DNA of 64,000 nt, taken from Octopus sinensis (Eukaryota). A program made the position numbers and the translations under genes. Position 1 is the first letter of the stretch, and every line of letters begins with the position of its first letter. Where the stretch lies: contig NC_043022.1 in the NCBI RefSeq assembly GCF_006345805.1, forward strand, positions 20,894,001-20,958,000, given 5' to 3'. Shown one piece after another: positions 63,604-64,000 of the stretch. The notes beneath the pieces are model-generated. The model saw nothing but the letters and a program-made list of their open reading frames with translations, was not told where the DNA came from and did not search any database.

Positions 63604-64000
63604 TAAATATATATATATATATATAAACCTAAAACATCAGTCAACCTTTTCCTTGTAAAAATAAAGTAAATGTGAGTTGGTATGTAAAGGTATTGAACGG
63701 TCATGCAGTTAATATTTAGGGCTGAAATATGTCAAAGGAAAAAAAATATGTGTGTGTGTATGTATGTATATATATATCTATATCTACATCTGTCTGTCTT
63801 TCTCTGTGTATGTATATATCTTTGTGTGTGTATGTGTATATCCATATGAATGTGCGTGCGTGTTGTTTTATATACATACATACATATATATATATATACA
63901 TACCCCCCCCACACACACACACACATATAATATCAAAACAAGCAACAGGATATCAAGTAGTGATGCAATACGACCGTTTCAAGCGGCTCCATTTAATTGA

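Noticed and set aside
52212-64000. Change in sequence character after the gap as proof of a mis-join
   Set aside because: Cannot be judged from sequence alone; the same repeat families continue, and the CpG switch occurs 3-5 kb past the gap, not at it

Overview
Repeat-saturated, AT-rich animal DNA. It is most likely an octopus (coleoid cephalopod), an inference from the tRNA-derived SINE families and the extreme microsatellite load. I could not recognise any host protein-coding exon, and almost every ORF in the track is a microsatellite or SINE read-through. Contents: four tRNA-headed SINE families (my labels A-D), two CR1-type and two RTE-type LINE remnants, mariner remnants, hAT MITEs, GG-terminal MITEs with mostly 8-bp TSDs (Merlin-like) that carry TTAGGG repeats, three Helitron-type elements, a (TAA)n-embedded retroposon, Penelope-like terminal remnants, long microsatellites and a 100-N gap (52212-52311). 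Best leads: (1) five minimal type-I hammerhead-ribozyme folds from four sequence families, with covarying stems and a recurrent CCGANGA core variant; (2) a SINE and a CR1-type LINE that share a 3' tail with a compensatory stem-loop; (3) a sharp switch to CpG-decayed repeats after about 57 kb, suggesting the edge of a methylated gene body; (4) a SINE that preferentially inserts at GGTW sites, including inside itself; (5) a perfect 238-bp inverted duplication. All alignments were made by eye; no database was searched.
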